A stretch of DNA of 64,000 nt from Spirochaetota bacterium (GTDB lineage: Bacteria; Spirochaetota; UBA4802; UBA5550): positions 26,306-90,305 of the forward strand of contig JBNKTL010000017.1 of assembly GCA_050298055.1 (NCBI GenBank). The letters run 5' to 3'. The notes beneath the pieces were generated by a model. That model worked only from the letters and a program-made list of their open reading frames with translations, ran no database searches and was not told where the DNA came from. Shown here piece by piece: positions 37,783 to 47,559 of this stretch. Every line of letters begins with the position of its first letter. The stretch's first letter is position 1. The position numbers and the translations under genes are program-made.

Positions 37783-38529
37783 TTACGGGATCTGCCCGGC
37801 AATCCCCAGAACATCCTCTGCCTCATGAACAAGCTCCGGGTAGTCAATCTCCGGTCTCCGGATAACCAGGACCTCCAGTCCCGACTCAAGGGCGGGTTCA
37901 ATCATTTCTCTCATCCCCGAAGTGTCACCCGGCTCCTTGGTGACCAGGAACTTTATCTCCAGCTCCCTGTAGAGGAGAGAGTTGAACTCCCGGGACATCC
38001 TGAAGCTCATGGCCACGATATTCCCGGGCCGTATACCCGCACCCAGGGCTTCTTCAACGGAGTTGAGAAAGGGGACGATCCTTACCATGAGCCTCTCCCC
38101 GGGGATGCGGGAGAAACTCCCGATCATGTCGGTGCCGGTCACCAGTAAGACCTTTCCCTCCTTTCCGGCGAGGTAGGATGATGCTTCTTCACAGGTCCCG
38201 AACATCAGGGCGCCCTCAAACTCTGCCGCTTTTTGTTCGTACCTGATATACCGGGTCCCTGTTTTCCGGGAAACATCCATAGCGTTGGATGTTACGTCAA
38301 CGGAATATGAATGGGTGGCGTCAATGATAAGTTTTACGGAATATTCCTTCACCAGGGCGGCCATGGCATCCTCTGTGAGCTTTCCCGGAATAAAAGTGAG
38401 CCCGGGACAGTCTTTGTAGAGGTCTTTTCCGTATTCCGTACCGGTGGTAACCAGCACAGGGACCCCCGCTTCGCAGAGTTTCCCTACCAGTCCCCTTCCG
38501 CTCTCTGTTCCCGATAGTACCCAGATCAT
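37783..38529 (-). CDS. cbiJ: Precorrin-6A / cobalt-precorrin-6A reductase
   Basis: IWVLSGTESGR, IIDATHSY, LVTKE, VIRRP. Confidence 0.88.
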   Translation of the reverse strand: MIWVLSGTESGRGLVGKLCEAGVPVLVTTGTEYGKDLYKDCPGLTFIPGKLTEDAMAALVKEYSVKLIIDATHSYSVDVTSNAMDVSRKTGTRYIRYEQKAAEFEGALMFGTCEEASSYLAGKEGKVLLVTGTDMIGSFSRIPGERLMVRIVPFLNSVEEALGAGIRPGNIVAMSFRMSREFNSLLYRELEIKFLVTKEPGDTSGMREMIEPALESGLEVLVIRRPEIDYPELVHEAEDVLGIAGQIP

Positions 38530-38639
38530 TTACTCAGCTCCTCTTTTTGTACAGGAAGACCCGGCTTCCAGAGCCCGGAGTGTTCCTTTTCTCTGATTAT
38601 CTGGTTTCTCTTTTCTCTCTGTCAATGAAATATTTCGGG

Positions 38640-38768
38640 GCATATTCAGTTAAGTAAAGAATATTCATGAAAAACATAATTGATGTATCCCACCGCCTGC
38701 GGCGGCGGGGACACATTGTTGATATTTTTGTAAATATATTTATTATTGCTCTTTAGCTGAATAGTTAC
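38640..38768 (-). mobile_element. MITE-like element copy
   Basis: On the minus strand: GTAACTATTCAGC...AAAATATCAACAATGTGTCCCCGCCGCCGCAGGCGGTGGGATACATC...CTGAATATG. Confidence 0.75.
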
Positions 38769-38911
38769 AAAATAGAGATTTTACCATGAAATAATTAAAA
38801 ATAAACTGTTTATTTGTCACATTTAATGTTATATTCTTGACGTAAAACATTACAAATGACACTGTTGAAATGTAATATATTTAAGATAAAATATGACATA
38901 TAGAAACACAA

Positions 38912-40057
38912 ATGAGTAAATACCCCCATATACAATTTCGGAAACACTGGCAAATCGGAAATTCCTGTGCGTATCAATTAGGTGAATGTTCCGCTTTAAT
39001 TCAGGCTCTCTCAAATATTCCTTTAAAACCTGAATATAGATCAAAATTATTACAGGTATCACTGATAAAAGGAGCGCAGGCAACAACTGCTATCGAAGGA
39101 AATACTTTAACTGAAGAAGAAATTGAAAAGATTCAGGAAGGGTGGAAACTTCCTGAAAGCCGGGAATATCAGGAAAGAGAAGTAACAAATGTTATAAATG
39201 CTTTTAATGAATTATTAAAAGAAATAATAGAAGAAGAAAAGTTAAGAATTATTACGCCGGATACCATAAAAACTTTTCATAAGATGATTGGAAAAAATTT
39301 AGGCAAACATCTGGATGCTATACCCGGCAAATTCAGAACTGACAGCCGTTTTGTAGGTCCTTACAAAACACCGGACCATGAAGATATTCCTGGGCTAATG
39401 GAGGAATTATGTACCTGGTTAAAAAAAGAATTTCATTTTGAATCGGGGCAGGATTTTCCCACAGCGGTCATTCAGGCTGTTGTGACACATGTTTATCTGG
39501 AATGGATTCATCCTTTTGGAGACGGTAACGGACGAACAGGAAGACTTCTTGAGTTTTATATCCTGTTACGTGCGGGACTTCCGGATATTGTTTCTCATGT
39601 CCTATCAAATTTCTACAATAAAACAAGACAGGAATATTATCGCCAGCTGAGAAATGCAAAAGAAAAAAATGATTTAACTTTTTTTATCGAATACGCTGTT
39701 AAAGGATTTCGTGACGGTCTTGTTGAAAATCTTGATATTATACAGGAAAGCCAATTGTATACTTTTTGGCATAATTATATTTATGAAATTTTTAGTAATT
39801 TAAGATATACAAAAAAGGAAGCTTTTAAAAGGAAAAGAGAATTAATTCTTCAGTTGCCAACTGACAAATATTTATCAACTGATGAAATGACGATGACAAC
39901 TCCCCTCATTGCCAAAATGTATTCTCAAGTCAATAAAGTAACGGTATTACGTGATATAAAAGAATTAATTGAACTAAATCTTCTGAAAAAAGAGGGGAGA
40001 AAATATAAAGCAAATATTGAAATATTGCGTACCATGATCCCCCTCAAGAAACAATAA
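38912..40057 (+). CDS. Fic family protein (class II, N-terminal inhibitory helix, C-terminal HTH)
   Basis: HPFGDGNGRTGR catalytic motif; TTAIEGN inhibitory motif; AT-rich. Confidence 0.93.
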   Translation: MSKYPHIQFRKHWQIGNSCAYQLGECSALIQALSNIPLKPEYRSKLLQVSLIKGAQATTAIEGNTLTEEEIEKIQEGWKLPESREYQEREVTNVINAFNELLKEIIEEEKLRIITPDTIKTFHKMIGKNLGKHLDAIPGKFRTDSRFVGPYKTPDHEDIPGLMEELCTWLKKEFHFESGQDFPTAVIQAVVTHVYLEWIHPFGDGNGRTGRLLEFYILLRAGLPDIVSHVLSNFYNKTRQEYYRQLRNAKEKNDLTFFIEYAVKGFRDGLVENLDIIQESQLYTFWHNYIYEIFSNLRYTKKEAFKRKRELILQLPTDKYLSTDEMTMTTPLIAKMYSQVNKVTVLRDIKELIELNLLKKEGRKYKANIEILRTMIPLKKQ

Positions 40058-40069
40058 AACGGATGTCTC

Positions 40070-41932
40070 CTACTCATCCGGCGCCCCCGTAAAGATCTCC
40101 GGGACCGCTTCCACTACGGAATCGTCCTCTGCCAGGACCGCGTTTATGACTCCCGGGTATTTTCCGAATTCCGTTCCGATAAAGTAGCGTGACGCCAGGA
40201 TCTTTCCCCGGTAGAAGGCCGCTTCGCTGTTTTCGGACACGGCCTTATCAGGCTCGTCCGCTCCTCTTATCTCATCCAGTTTTGGAATGCAGATGGTGAG
40301 TGAACGGAGGTGCATCCACGCGTAGCTCAGGAGGGCGAACGCCTCCAGGAGGAGGGCGGCCCTGGCCATGAGCCCCGGGACCTCCAGTTTTTTGAGTTTT
40401 TCACCCAGTTTTGCCACAGTACTGTTCATTATCTCAATTCCCTCTTTTACGGGAGCGATAAATTTTTCCTCAACGATACCCGATGCTTCATCCACGGCTT
40501 TTTGGACCCTTCCCCTGTACACGGTGTAATTCCTGAGTTCGGGATTCATCAGGAGTTTCCTCATGATGAGGTCCATGGCCTGTATCCCGTTTGTCCCTTC
40601 ATAGATGGCCAGTATCTTTGAGTCCCGTGCCAGCTGTTCCACGGGGTACTCCCGGGTGTATCCGTATCCGCCGAAAACCTGCACCGCGTCTCCCGTGATC
40701 TCCCACGCCCGGTCGGTGTTTCCGGCCTTGATGATGGGTGTGAGGAAATCCACAAGGGCTTCCTCCTCCTCTGCGGCGGCTTTGTCTCCCGTAAGGGCCC
40801 TGTCGATACTGAAATTTGCCGTGGCCATAAGCATCCTCATGGCTTCCACGCGGGATTTCATCCTGAGGAGCATCCGCTTCACGTCGGGATGGCTGATAAT
40901 GGGGACAGAGGGCGCGTCGGGGTCCGTCATCTTCATGATCTCCTTTCCCTGTATCCTGTTCTTCGCATAGGTGACCGCGTGAAGATAGGCGCTGCTGGAG
41001 AGGGCAAGCCCCTGGAGCCCCACGTCGATCCGTGCCTCGTTCATCATCTGGAACATCATCTTAAGCCCCTTCCTCTCCTCTCCCATGAGGTACCCCGCGC
41101 ACTTTCCGTTGTCTCCGAAGCTCAGGGCGCAGGTGGCCGATCCGTTGAGCCCCATTTTATGTTCGATCCCGGTACAGATAAAATCGTTTCTCTCTCCCAG
41201 TGATCCGTCGTGGTTGACCAGGTATTTGGGCACCAGGAACATGGAGATCCCCCGTGTACCGGGGGGGTCTCCCTCTATCCGCGCCAGGACCGGGTGGACC
41301 ATGTTCTCGTAGAGGTTGTTGTCCCCGGAGGATATGAAGATCTTCTGTCCCGAGATGAGATAGGTCCCGTCATCCTGCCTCACGGCTTTTGTCTTGAGGG
41401 CCCCCACATCGGAACCGGCATCGGGCTCGGTGAGACACATGGTCCCTCCCCATTCACCTTCCGCCATCTTTTGCAGAAAGAGGTCTTTCAGCTCACCGGT
41501 ATAAAAATTCCTTACAAGCTTTGCGGCGCCCATGGTGAGAGTACAGTATATGCTGAAGGATATGCTCGCGGAGAAGAAATATTCCAGGGCGGCCCTGAAG
41601 ACAACCATGGGCAGTCCCATTCCCCCGCAGTCGGCGGGAAGCCCCAGTCCCGGGAAGCCCGCTTCTTTAAATAACCTGAAGGGCTCCATAAATGATCCGG
41701 GGACTTTTACCTCCCCCGTCGCGGGATTGAAGAAGACACCCTCCTGCTCGGAAAGGGTGTTGGCGGGGTAGACCCTGTTATACGCAATCTGTTCCGCAAG
41801 GGTCAGGATATCTTCAAAGATCTCCCTGTCAAACTCCGAGTAGATCTCATGCCGGGTGAGATCCAGGGTATGGAGAAATTCAAAGAGTATAAAACGCACG
41901 TCACGTGAATCGACCAGGAAGTTTGATGCCAT
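40070..41932 (-). CDS. Acyl-CoA dehydrogenase
   Basis: GTMCLTEPDAGSD, GQKIFIS, QVFGGYGY, IYEGTNGIQ. Confidence 0.95.
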   Translation of the reverse strand: MASNFLVDSRDVRFILFEFLHTLDLTRHEIYSEFDREIFEDILTLAEQIAYNRVYPANTLSEQEGVFFNPATGEVKVPGSFMEPFRLFKEAGFPGLGLPADCGGMGLPMVVFRAALEYFFSASISFSIYCTLTMGAAKLVRNFYTGELKDLFLQKMAEGEWGGTMCLTEPDAGSDVGALKTKAVRQDDGTYLISGQKIFISSGDNNLYENMVHPVLARIEGDPPGTRGISMFLVPKYLVNHDGSLGERNDFICTGIEHKMGLNGSATCALSFGDNGKCAGYLMGEERKGLKMMFQMMNEARIDVGLQGLALSSSAYLHAVTYAKNRIQGKEIMKMTDPDAPSVPIISHPDVKRMLLRMKSRVEAMRMLMATANFSIDRALTGDKAAAEEEEALVDFLTPIIKAGNTDRAWEITGDAVQVFGGYGYTREYPVEQLARDSKILAIYEGTNGIQAMDLIMRKLLMNPELRNYTVYRGRVQKAVDEASGIVEEKFIAPVKEGIEIMNSTVAKLGEKLKKLEVPGLMARAALLLEAFALLSYAWMHLRSLTICIPKLDEIRGADEPDKAVSENSEAAFYRGKILASRYFIGTEFGKYPGVINAVLAEDDSVVEAVPEIFTGAPDE

Positions 41933-41941
41933 TACGCTCTC

Positions 41942-43216
41942 CTATTTAAGATATTCTTTTGCTATTCTCTCTCCCTCTTCCATGTTGACCTTCAGAAGCA
42001 GGAATCCCCCGGTAATAAAAAGTATAATTATCGAGATGATCCCGTACCGGATGTTGCCGGTAAGGAGAGTCACACTCCCCATGAGGAAAGGCCCGATCAC
42101 CGCCGCGAACTTGCCGATCATGTTATAGAAACCGTAAAACTGCGCTGACTTTTCGGGGGGGATGAGTCGGGAGTAGAGACTCCTGCTCAGGGCCTGTATT
42201 CCTCCCTGGAAAAGCCCCACTGTTCCCGCGAGAATATAGAAGTGGATCTCACTGCTCATAAAATAAGCCAGGATGGTGATAATTGAATAGGCCAGGATTG
42301 AGATCTGCACCGCTTTTTTTACCCCGATCTTATAGGCCAGCTTGCTGTAGAGGAGCGTCGCGGGGAAGGCGATAAACTGTACCATGAGAAGCGCTGTTAT
42401 CAGGGCGCTGCTGGGGAAGCCCAGGGACATACCGTAGTCAACGGCCATCCTGATGATGGTGTCCACCCCGTCGATATAGAGCCAGTATGCCAGGAGGAAT
42501 GTCCCCACGATCTTCAGGTGCTGTATCTCTTTGAAGGTGTCAACCAGCTGGCGCCAGCCCCGGGTCACCGCTTCACCGAAACCGATGGATTCCTTCATGT
42601 AAGGCTCCTTCACGAAGAGGAAAACCGGGATTGAGAAGACCGCCCACCAGATGGCAACAGAGAGAAATGATATCCTGATGGCGGTGGCGCCGTCAGGGAT
42701 GCCGAAAAGTTCCGGTTTCAGGTACATGAGAACATTTACCAGGAAGAGAAGCCCTCCCCCGATATATCCCAGCGAGAACCCCAGGGATGAGACAAAGTCA
42801 ACCTTCTCTTCGGATGCCACACCGGGAAGGAGTGAATCGTAAAAGATATTGCCTCCGGAAAAACCTATGGTGGCCCCCACATAGAAGACGATTGCCATGA
42901 ACCAGTTTCCCTTTGCCACCAGCCAGAGGGACCCGCTCATGATGACCCCCAGGAACGCAAAGAGGAAGAGGAACTTTTTCTTTGCAGAGCCCCTGTCTGC
43001 CACAGCTCCCAGGAAGGGGGCCAGGGCGGCAACCAGTATGGATGCCATTGAATTTGCCACACCCAGGTAGAAAGTGCTCTGGTTCGGATCATCAGGATTT
43101 GCCCAGTAACCCTTAAAAAAGAGGGGAAAGAACCCTGCCATAACAGTTGTGGCGAAAGCCGAGTTGCCCCAGTCATAAAATGCCCAGGACCAGTATGTTT
43201 TTTTATTATCCTGCAT
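41942..43216 (-). CDS. MFS transporter (UMF1/Atg22-like)
   Basis: SWAFYDWGNSAF, GGIQALSRS; about 12 TMs. Confidence 0.9.
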   Translation of the reverse strand: MQDNKKTYWSWAFYDWGNSAFATTVMAGFFPLFFKGYWANPDDPNQSTFYLGVANSMASILVAALAPFLGAVADRGSAKKKFLFLFAFLGVIMSGSLWLVAKGNWFMAIVFYVGATIGFSGGNIFYDSLLPGVASEEKVDFVSSLGFSLGYIGGGLLFLVNVLMYLKPELFGIPDGATAIRISFLSVAIWWAVFSIPVFLFVKEPYMKESIGFGEAVTRGWRQLVDTFKEIQHLKIVGTFLLAYWLYIDGVDTIIRMAVDYGMSLGFPSSALITALLMVQFIAFPATLLYSKLAYKIGVKKAVQISILAYSIITILAYFMSSEIHFYILAGTVGLFQGGIQALSRSLYSRLIPPEKSAQFYGFYNMIGKFAAVIGPFLMGSVTLLTGNIRYGIISIIILFITGGFLLLKVNMEEGERIAKEYLK

Positions 43217-43242
43217 ATTTCCCTCTTTTATTCATTTATTTA

Positions 43243-43374
43243 TAACTACTCAGCTATATGGCTTGTAATTAACTTGTTTGCTAAAATATCAACAATGTGC
43301 CCCGCCGCCTTCGGCGGCGGGGGCACATCAGTTATGTTCGTGTTAAATATTTATTCTTATACATAGCTGTAATT
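43243..43374 (+). mobile_element. MITE-like element copy
   Basis: TAACTACTCAGCTAT...AAAATATCAACAATGTGCCCCGCCGCCTTCGGCGGCGGGGGCACATCAGTTAT...ATACATAGCTG. Confidence 0.75.
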
Positions 43375-43508
43375 ATATTTATTTCATGAAATATAAGTTT
43401 ATGAATTTTAAGGAAATATGTAAAGCACTATTGCAGTGAGAATTTTATTTTCAGGGAGAGTTCATGAAATTGCCTTGACCATAGGGAAAGACAATTTTTA
43501 ATATCGGT

Positions 43509-44372
43509 ATGCAAAACAGTCCCAAGCCATTCATCAAGGGCCTTAAGGGGTTTACACCCATAGGTCACAGGGGTGCCGGGGGTGAAGTCCCGGGGAACAC
43601 CATAGAGTCTTTCGGGCATCTCCTTGATCTTCTTCCCGGTGCCATCCTTGAGCTTGATGTCTGGGGCACCCGTGACGGCAGGATTGTGGTCTACCATGAC
43701 GAGCTGCTCGATCATGAAACAGACGGCAGGGGGCCGGTATCTTTTCTTACCTATGAAGAGCTTCGTAAAATTGACAGGGGTTACAGGGTCAGTTGGGACG
43801 GCGGGCAGAGTTTTCCTTTCAGGAACAGGGGATACAGGATACCCCTCCTTGAAGACGTTATAAAGGAGTTTCCCTCTTCAAGAATATCAATTGATGTCAA
43901 GCAGCATGATACCGGTTTTGCCGCGAAGGTCATGAAGATGCTTGAGGAGAATGACGCGGTTGAAAGGATCATCCTGGGATCCTTCAGCGGCGGGATCAAC
44001 AGGTACCTGTGCCGGTGGAGTAATGATACAGTCACAAGCTTTCGGACCGGGGAGGTCCTGAAGTTCACGCTTTTTCATATCATTCATACGGCCTGTCTCT
44101 ATAAAAAGAAGAATGACGCCATGATGATCCCTGAATTCATAAGTCCCGGCGGAGAAGTGACCGAGGATGAGTATGGGAAGAGGGGGATACGGATAGTAAG
44201 CGAGAGGTTTATTAAAGACGCCCACAGGCTGGGGGTCCCCGTTTTCATATGGACAATAAACAGGGAAGAGAATATGAGAAGGCTCATAGACTGGGGTGTT
44301 GACGGGATCGTTACGGATTATCCGTCCCGCCTCAAAAAGGTCATGCGGGAGAAGGGACTGATTTCGAGTTAG
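43509..44372 (+). CDS. Glycerophosphodiester phosphodiesterase
   Basis: GHRG, ELDV, HD, WTIN, GVDGIVTDYP. Confidence 0.93.
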   Translation: MQNSPKPFIKGLKGFTPIGHRGAGGEVPGNTIESFGHLLDLLPGAILELDVWGTRDGRIVVYHDELLDHETDGRGPVSFLTYEELRKIDRGYRVSWDGGQSFPFRNRGYRIPLLEDVIKEFPSSRISIDVKQHDTGFAAKVMKMLEENDAVERIILGSFSGGINRYLCRWSNDTVTSFRTGEVLKFTLFHIIHTACLYKKKNDAMMIPEFISPGGEVTEDEYGKRGIRIVSERFIKDAHRLGVPVFIWTINREENMRRLIDWGVDGIVTDYPSRLKKVMREKGLISS

Positions 44373-44419
44373 GGAAAGTTCCGGGCTCCGAGTTCCGGGC
44401 TGAAAAGAGAAGAGTTTTA

Positions 44420-44564
44420 AACCGCCAAGACGCAAAGGACGCGAAGGAAGAGTTCCTTAATGTTAAGTTTAATTAAAGAAACCGTTTTTAATGAGATAAT
44501 TCAAAATTAAAAATTTAAAATTCAACATTATATAAAGCTTTGCGCCCTTTGTGTATTGGCGGTT
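44420..44564. repeat. Second small inverted-repeat element (AACCGCCAA...TTGGCGGTT)
   Basis: AACCGCCAAGACGCAAAGGACGCGAAG and CTTTGCGCCCTTTGTGTATTGGCGGTT are imperfect inverted repeats around an AT-rich core. Confidence 0.65.
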
Positions 44565-44616
44565 CAAAAAAAATGTGTAAATGTGAGCCGGATTGAAAAG
44601 GGGGCAGGAGAGGTCG

Positions 44617-45489
44617 ATGATTGACAAAACCATAACCGGAAAACTCATCGTTGAAGGGAGTGAAAGCTATCTCCTTGATAAGGAAGGCAGAGAACACTTC
44701 AGGGAGAACCTCATCTGGGACGGTTATACGGGGCACTGGGAGGGTGAAAAACTGAACGCGCGGTATCTTCCGCAGAGGGACTACCGTTCCGGTGATCAGA
44801 TCATTATCATGTGGCCCGTTGACAGCGGGGAGGGAAAAGGGGCGGTTGAACTCTATTACAATGAGAGGCTGGTGAAGTACCCTGTCTCGGTCCTGGGTCA
44901 TATTGCACTTAACATTGACGGTTCCCTCTTTAACTTTTCTCATCTGATAAACGAGAATGAGATTGTTACACCGGAAGAATACTTCTTCAGACCCGCACTT
45001 GGGGAGTTTGCTCCCCATCCCGAAACGGGGAGCTATAACGACACCGATCCCCAAAGGCCATACCTGGACAAGTTCGGGAGGCAGTTCATGAGAACGATCC
45101 ATGTCCTGAGGATCCGGGGGCTTGATAACGAGAGACTCATTAAATACTGCAGAAACCAGCTTGAGATCATACACAATACTCCCCGGGACCCGGATAAACC
45201 GGATAAGTATGCCGACTTTAATATTTTCAGGAGAAGCTGCAGTACCATCATCAGGGACTGTTTCCGTGAATACGGATTCACACCCATATCGGGTGTATTT
45301 CCCCGGGACCTCTTTGTGAACATGGCGTACTTTTTTTTCAGGAAAGAAAAAACAAAGAAACTCGGGATATCTTATTATCAGAGAAAACAGCTGAAAGTCC
45401 CGGAAGCGGCATGCAGTAAAATAACGCCGCTTATCAATCCCCTGAACAGGATAAGGGGCTTCCTGATAAGAAAGGACCTTCGTCAATAA
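44617..45489 (+). CDS. Hypothetical protein, possible permuted papain-like (NlpC/P60-type) hydrolase
   Basis: LGHIAL (His) precedes FNIFRRSCST (Cys); RBS AGGAG. Confidence 0.55.
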   Translation: MIDKTITGKLIVEGSESYLLDKEGREHFRENLIWDGYTGHWEGEKLNARYLPQRDYRSGDQIIIMWPVDSGEGKGAVELYYNERLVKYPVSVLGHIALNIDGSLFNFSHLINENEIVTPEEYFFRPALGEFAPHPETGSYNDTDPQRPYLDKFGRQFMRTIHVLRIRGLDNERLIKYCRNQLEIIHNTPRDPDKPDKYADFNIFRRSCSTIIRDCFREYGFTPISGVFPRDLFVNMAYFFFRKEKTKKLGISYYQRKQLKVPEAACSKITPLINPLNRIRGFLIRKDLRQ

Positions 45490-45519
45490 GAGGAGAGTGT
45501 CCCGGAGAGTAAAGGTCTC

Positions 45520-47235
45520 TCATTTCTCCTGTTTCACCTTCAGTGTCCGAAGCCTGTTCAGGGCTGCGGCGAGTTCAAGCTTCCTGAACCCCGCGTAGTT
45601 CCCCACCGGCCAGGGACTCAGTATATCGAGGCCCTCCGTATTAATATCCGTCTCAACCCTGGCGGCAATCTCACCCAGTGTATTCACTCCGTTCATATAT
45701 TTTCGTGAGTAGTTGAGAGCATCGCCCATGGCACGGGTCTGGCTCATGCTTACGATCTGCTCGATCCCGGAGAGGTCGATCTCCTCCCTTCCGAACCGGA
45801 TGCTGTTCATGCCCCGGGCATCGATCTTTACTTCTCTCTTCCCCCGTGATGGGTCCAGGCTTTCCGGTGAGGGTATCCTCCTGATAAGGGTCCCGAACCC
45901 GCTGCCTCCTTCACGGCTTCGCTCGGCCCTGTATTTTCCGGCTATCCGCGACGCTTCCTCCGTTACCTCCTCCGGAAGATATTCAACCATGCAGATCACC
46001 GTATGGGCCACATCGAAGTAGTCCCCGGAGCCCCCGATGACCAGGACCGTGGATATCCCGTGATCGGTGTGGAGCTGCTCCACCTTGTCGATAAAGGGCG
46101 TTATCGGTTCCTTCTCCTTTGCAACAAGCTCCTGCATCCTGTGGTCCCTTATCATGAAGTTGGTGGCCGAGGTGTCCTCGTCGATCATGAGAATATCGGC
46201 CCCTGCCTCTATGGCCTCGATTATGTTGGCGGACTGTGAGGTGCTGCCGCTTGCGTCTCCCGTGCTGAAGGAGTCGGTGTTCCTGTTGAAGGGAAGGTTG
46301 CTAATGAAGGGGGATATGCAGGTTTTCTCTATCCTTCTCCCGTCCTCGGCCCGTATCTTCACCGCCCCTCTTCCCGTGACCACAAACTCCCTGCCGTCGC
46401 CGGGCAGGTGGTTGTAGATCCCCCGTTCAAGGGCGTTCATAAGGGTGGATTTGCCATGGTATCCTCCTCCCACTATGAGGGTGATGCCCTTCCGTATGCC
46501 CATGCCGGAGATGGTGCCCCTGTTGGGAAGGGTAAAATCCACACGCAGGGATTCCGGAGACCTGAAAAGGACAGCCTCTTTCTTTTCCATGGGGGCCTGG
46601 TCTATGCCGCTTTTTCGGGGAAGGAGGGAGCCGTCGGCAACAAAGGCAATGAGGCCGGAACCGTCAAGCTCTTCCCGCAGGTGGTCCGCGTCTTCCGCAA
46701 CTTCTATATGCCGGGTGAGCTCCTCCCGGTTGAGGTTTTTATAGACAAGTGATTTTTCCACTATTTCCGGGAGTTCATGGAAGAACATTCTTCCGGCGGT
46801 CCCGCTGTCAATCTTTCTTCCCCTGGCCGGAAGCCCCATGACAAACCGCGCCTCCACAAAGTCGCTGTTTACAAAAACCGATGTCCTGGGGAGGACCTCC
46901 TGTCCCGGCCTGTCAATTGAGATGATCCCGCTTTTCCCGGTCCCCCTTATTCCCCGGCAGATTTTTCCCGCCGCGCCGGCGAAGCACCGTGTGAGGTAAT
47001 CGGCAAGCCCCCTGTTCCTGCTTTTCCCGGTATATGTATTCTCCGGGAACCCCCCTTCCTCCTGTGAAAGTCTCACGCGTATTCTGCTGGGAGCGGCGAA
47101 GGGATCTCCCTGTACATGATCAATAATGAGTGTATAGAGACCGGCTCCGTAGGTGTCCCTGATGTCCTTATACGCCTTGTATCCCCGTCCGTCTATCCGG
47201 GCCAGTATTCTTTTTAAATCTTCCGTTGTTTTCAT
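45520..47235 (-). CDS. ABC-class ATPase domain-containing protein (soluble, PF09818-like)
   Basis: GGGYHGKSTL, SGSTSQ, IDEDTSATN, HVQGDPFA. Confidence 0.9.
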   Translation of the reverse strand: MKTTEDLKRILARIDGRGYKAYKDIRDTYGAGLYTLIIDHVQGDPFAAPSRIRVRLSQEEGGFPENTYTGKSRNRGLADYLTRCFAGAAGKICRGIRGTGKSGIISIDRPGQEVLPRTSVFVNSDFVEARFVMGLPARGRKIDSGTAGRMFFHELPEIVEKSLVYKNLNREELTRHIEVAEDADHLREELDGSGLIAFVADGSLLPRKSGIDQAPMEKKEAVLFRSPESLRVDFTLPNRGTISGMGIRKGITLIVGGGYHGKSTLMNALERGIYNHLPGDGREFVVTGRGAVKIRAEDGRRIEKTCISPFISNLPFNRNTDSFSTGDASGSTSQSANIIEAIEAGADILMIDEDTSATNFMIRDHRMQELVAKEKEPITPFIDKVEQLHTDHGISTVLVIGGSGDYFDVAHTVICMVEYLPEEVTEEASRIAGKYRAERSREGGSGFGTLIRRIPSPESLDPSRGKREVKIDARGMNSIRFGREEIDLSGIEQIVSMSQTRAMGDALNYSRKYMNGVNTLGEIAARVETDINTEGLDILSPWPVGNYAGFRKLELAAALNRLRTLKVKQEK

Positions 47236-47414
47236 TTTTAAATTATTTTTGCTGTCCGCTGTAAATCATATGCAACAGTAATTGATGATTATATTTTTCA
47301 CAAGAAAAATTTAAGCCCCCTTCCGGGTTGAGTTCTACCCACATTTAGTAATGCAGAGGCATATCCCCTCTTCAATCCCCTAATCCCCCTTTTTTTTTCT
47401 TTATCTTATAAAAA

Positions 47415-47453
47415 CTTCGCGCTCTTTGTGTCCTGGGCGGTTCAAAAAATGTG
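47415..47453. repeat. Half-copy of the 44420-44564 element
   Basis: CTTCGCGCTCTTTGTGTCCTGGGCGGTTCAAAAAATGTG matches 44538-44578. Confidence 0.6.
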
Positions 47454-47559
47454 GGTAGAAGTCAGCCTTCCGGGGGGCTTTATGGGTAGCAATGAGTCGT
47501 GTGAACTTCCGGTTTTCTTGTTGAAATTGTGGGGCTGGCCGGCTAATATTACATTAATT

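Noticed and set aside
44515..45486. 323-aa antisense ORF
   Set aside because: Shadow of the plus-strand gene, which has an RBS and recognisable motifs; the same applies to other long antisense ORFs (16778-17524, 13994-14596, 48841-49563)
47428..47559. N-terminal extension of the hybrid kinase
   Set aside because: Begins inside a repeat; the receiver domain starts just after ATG 47560
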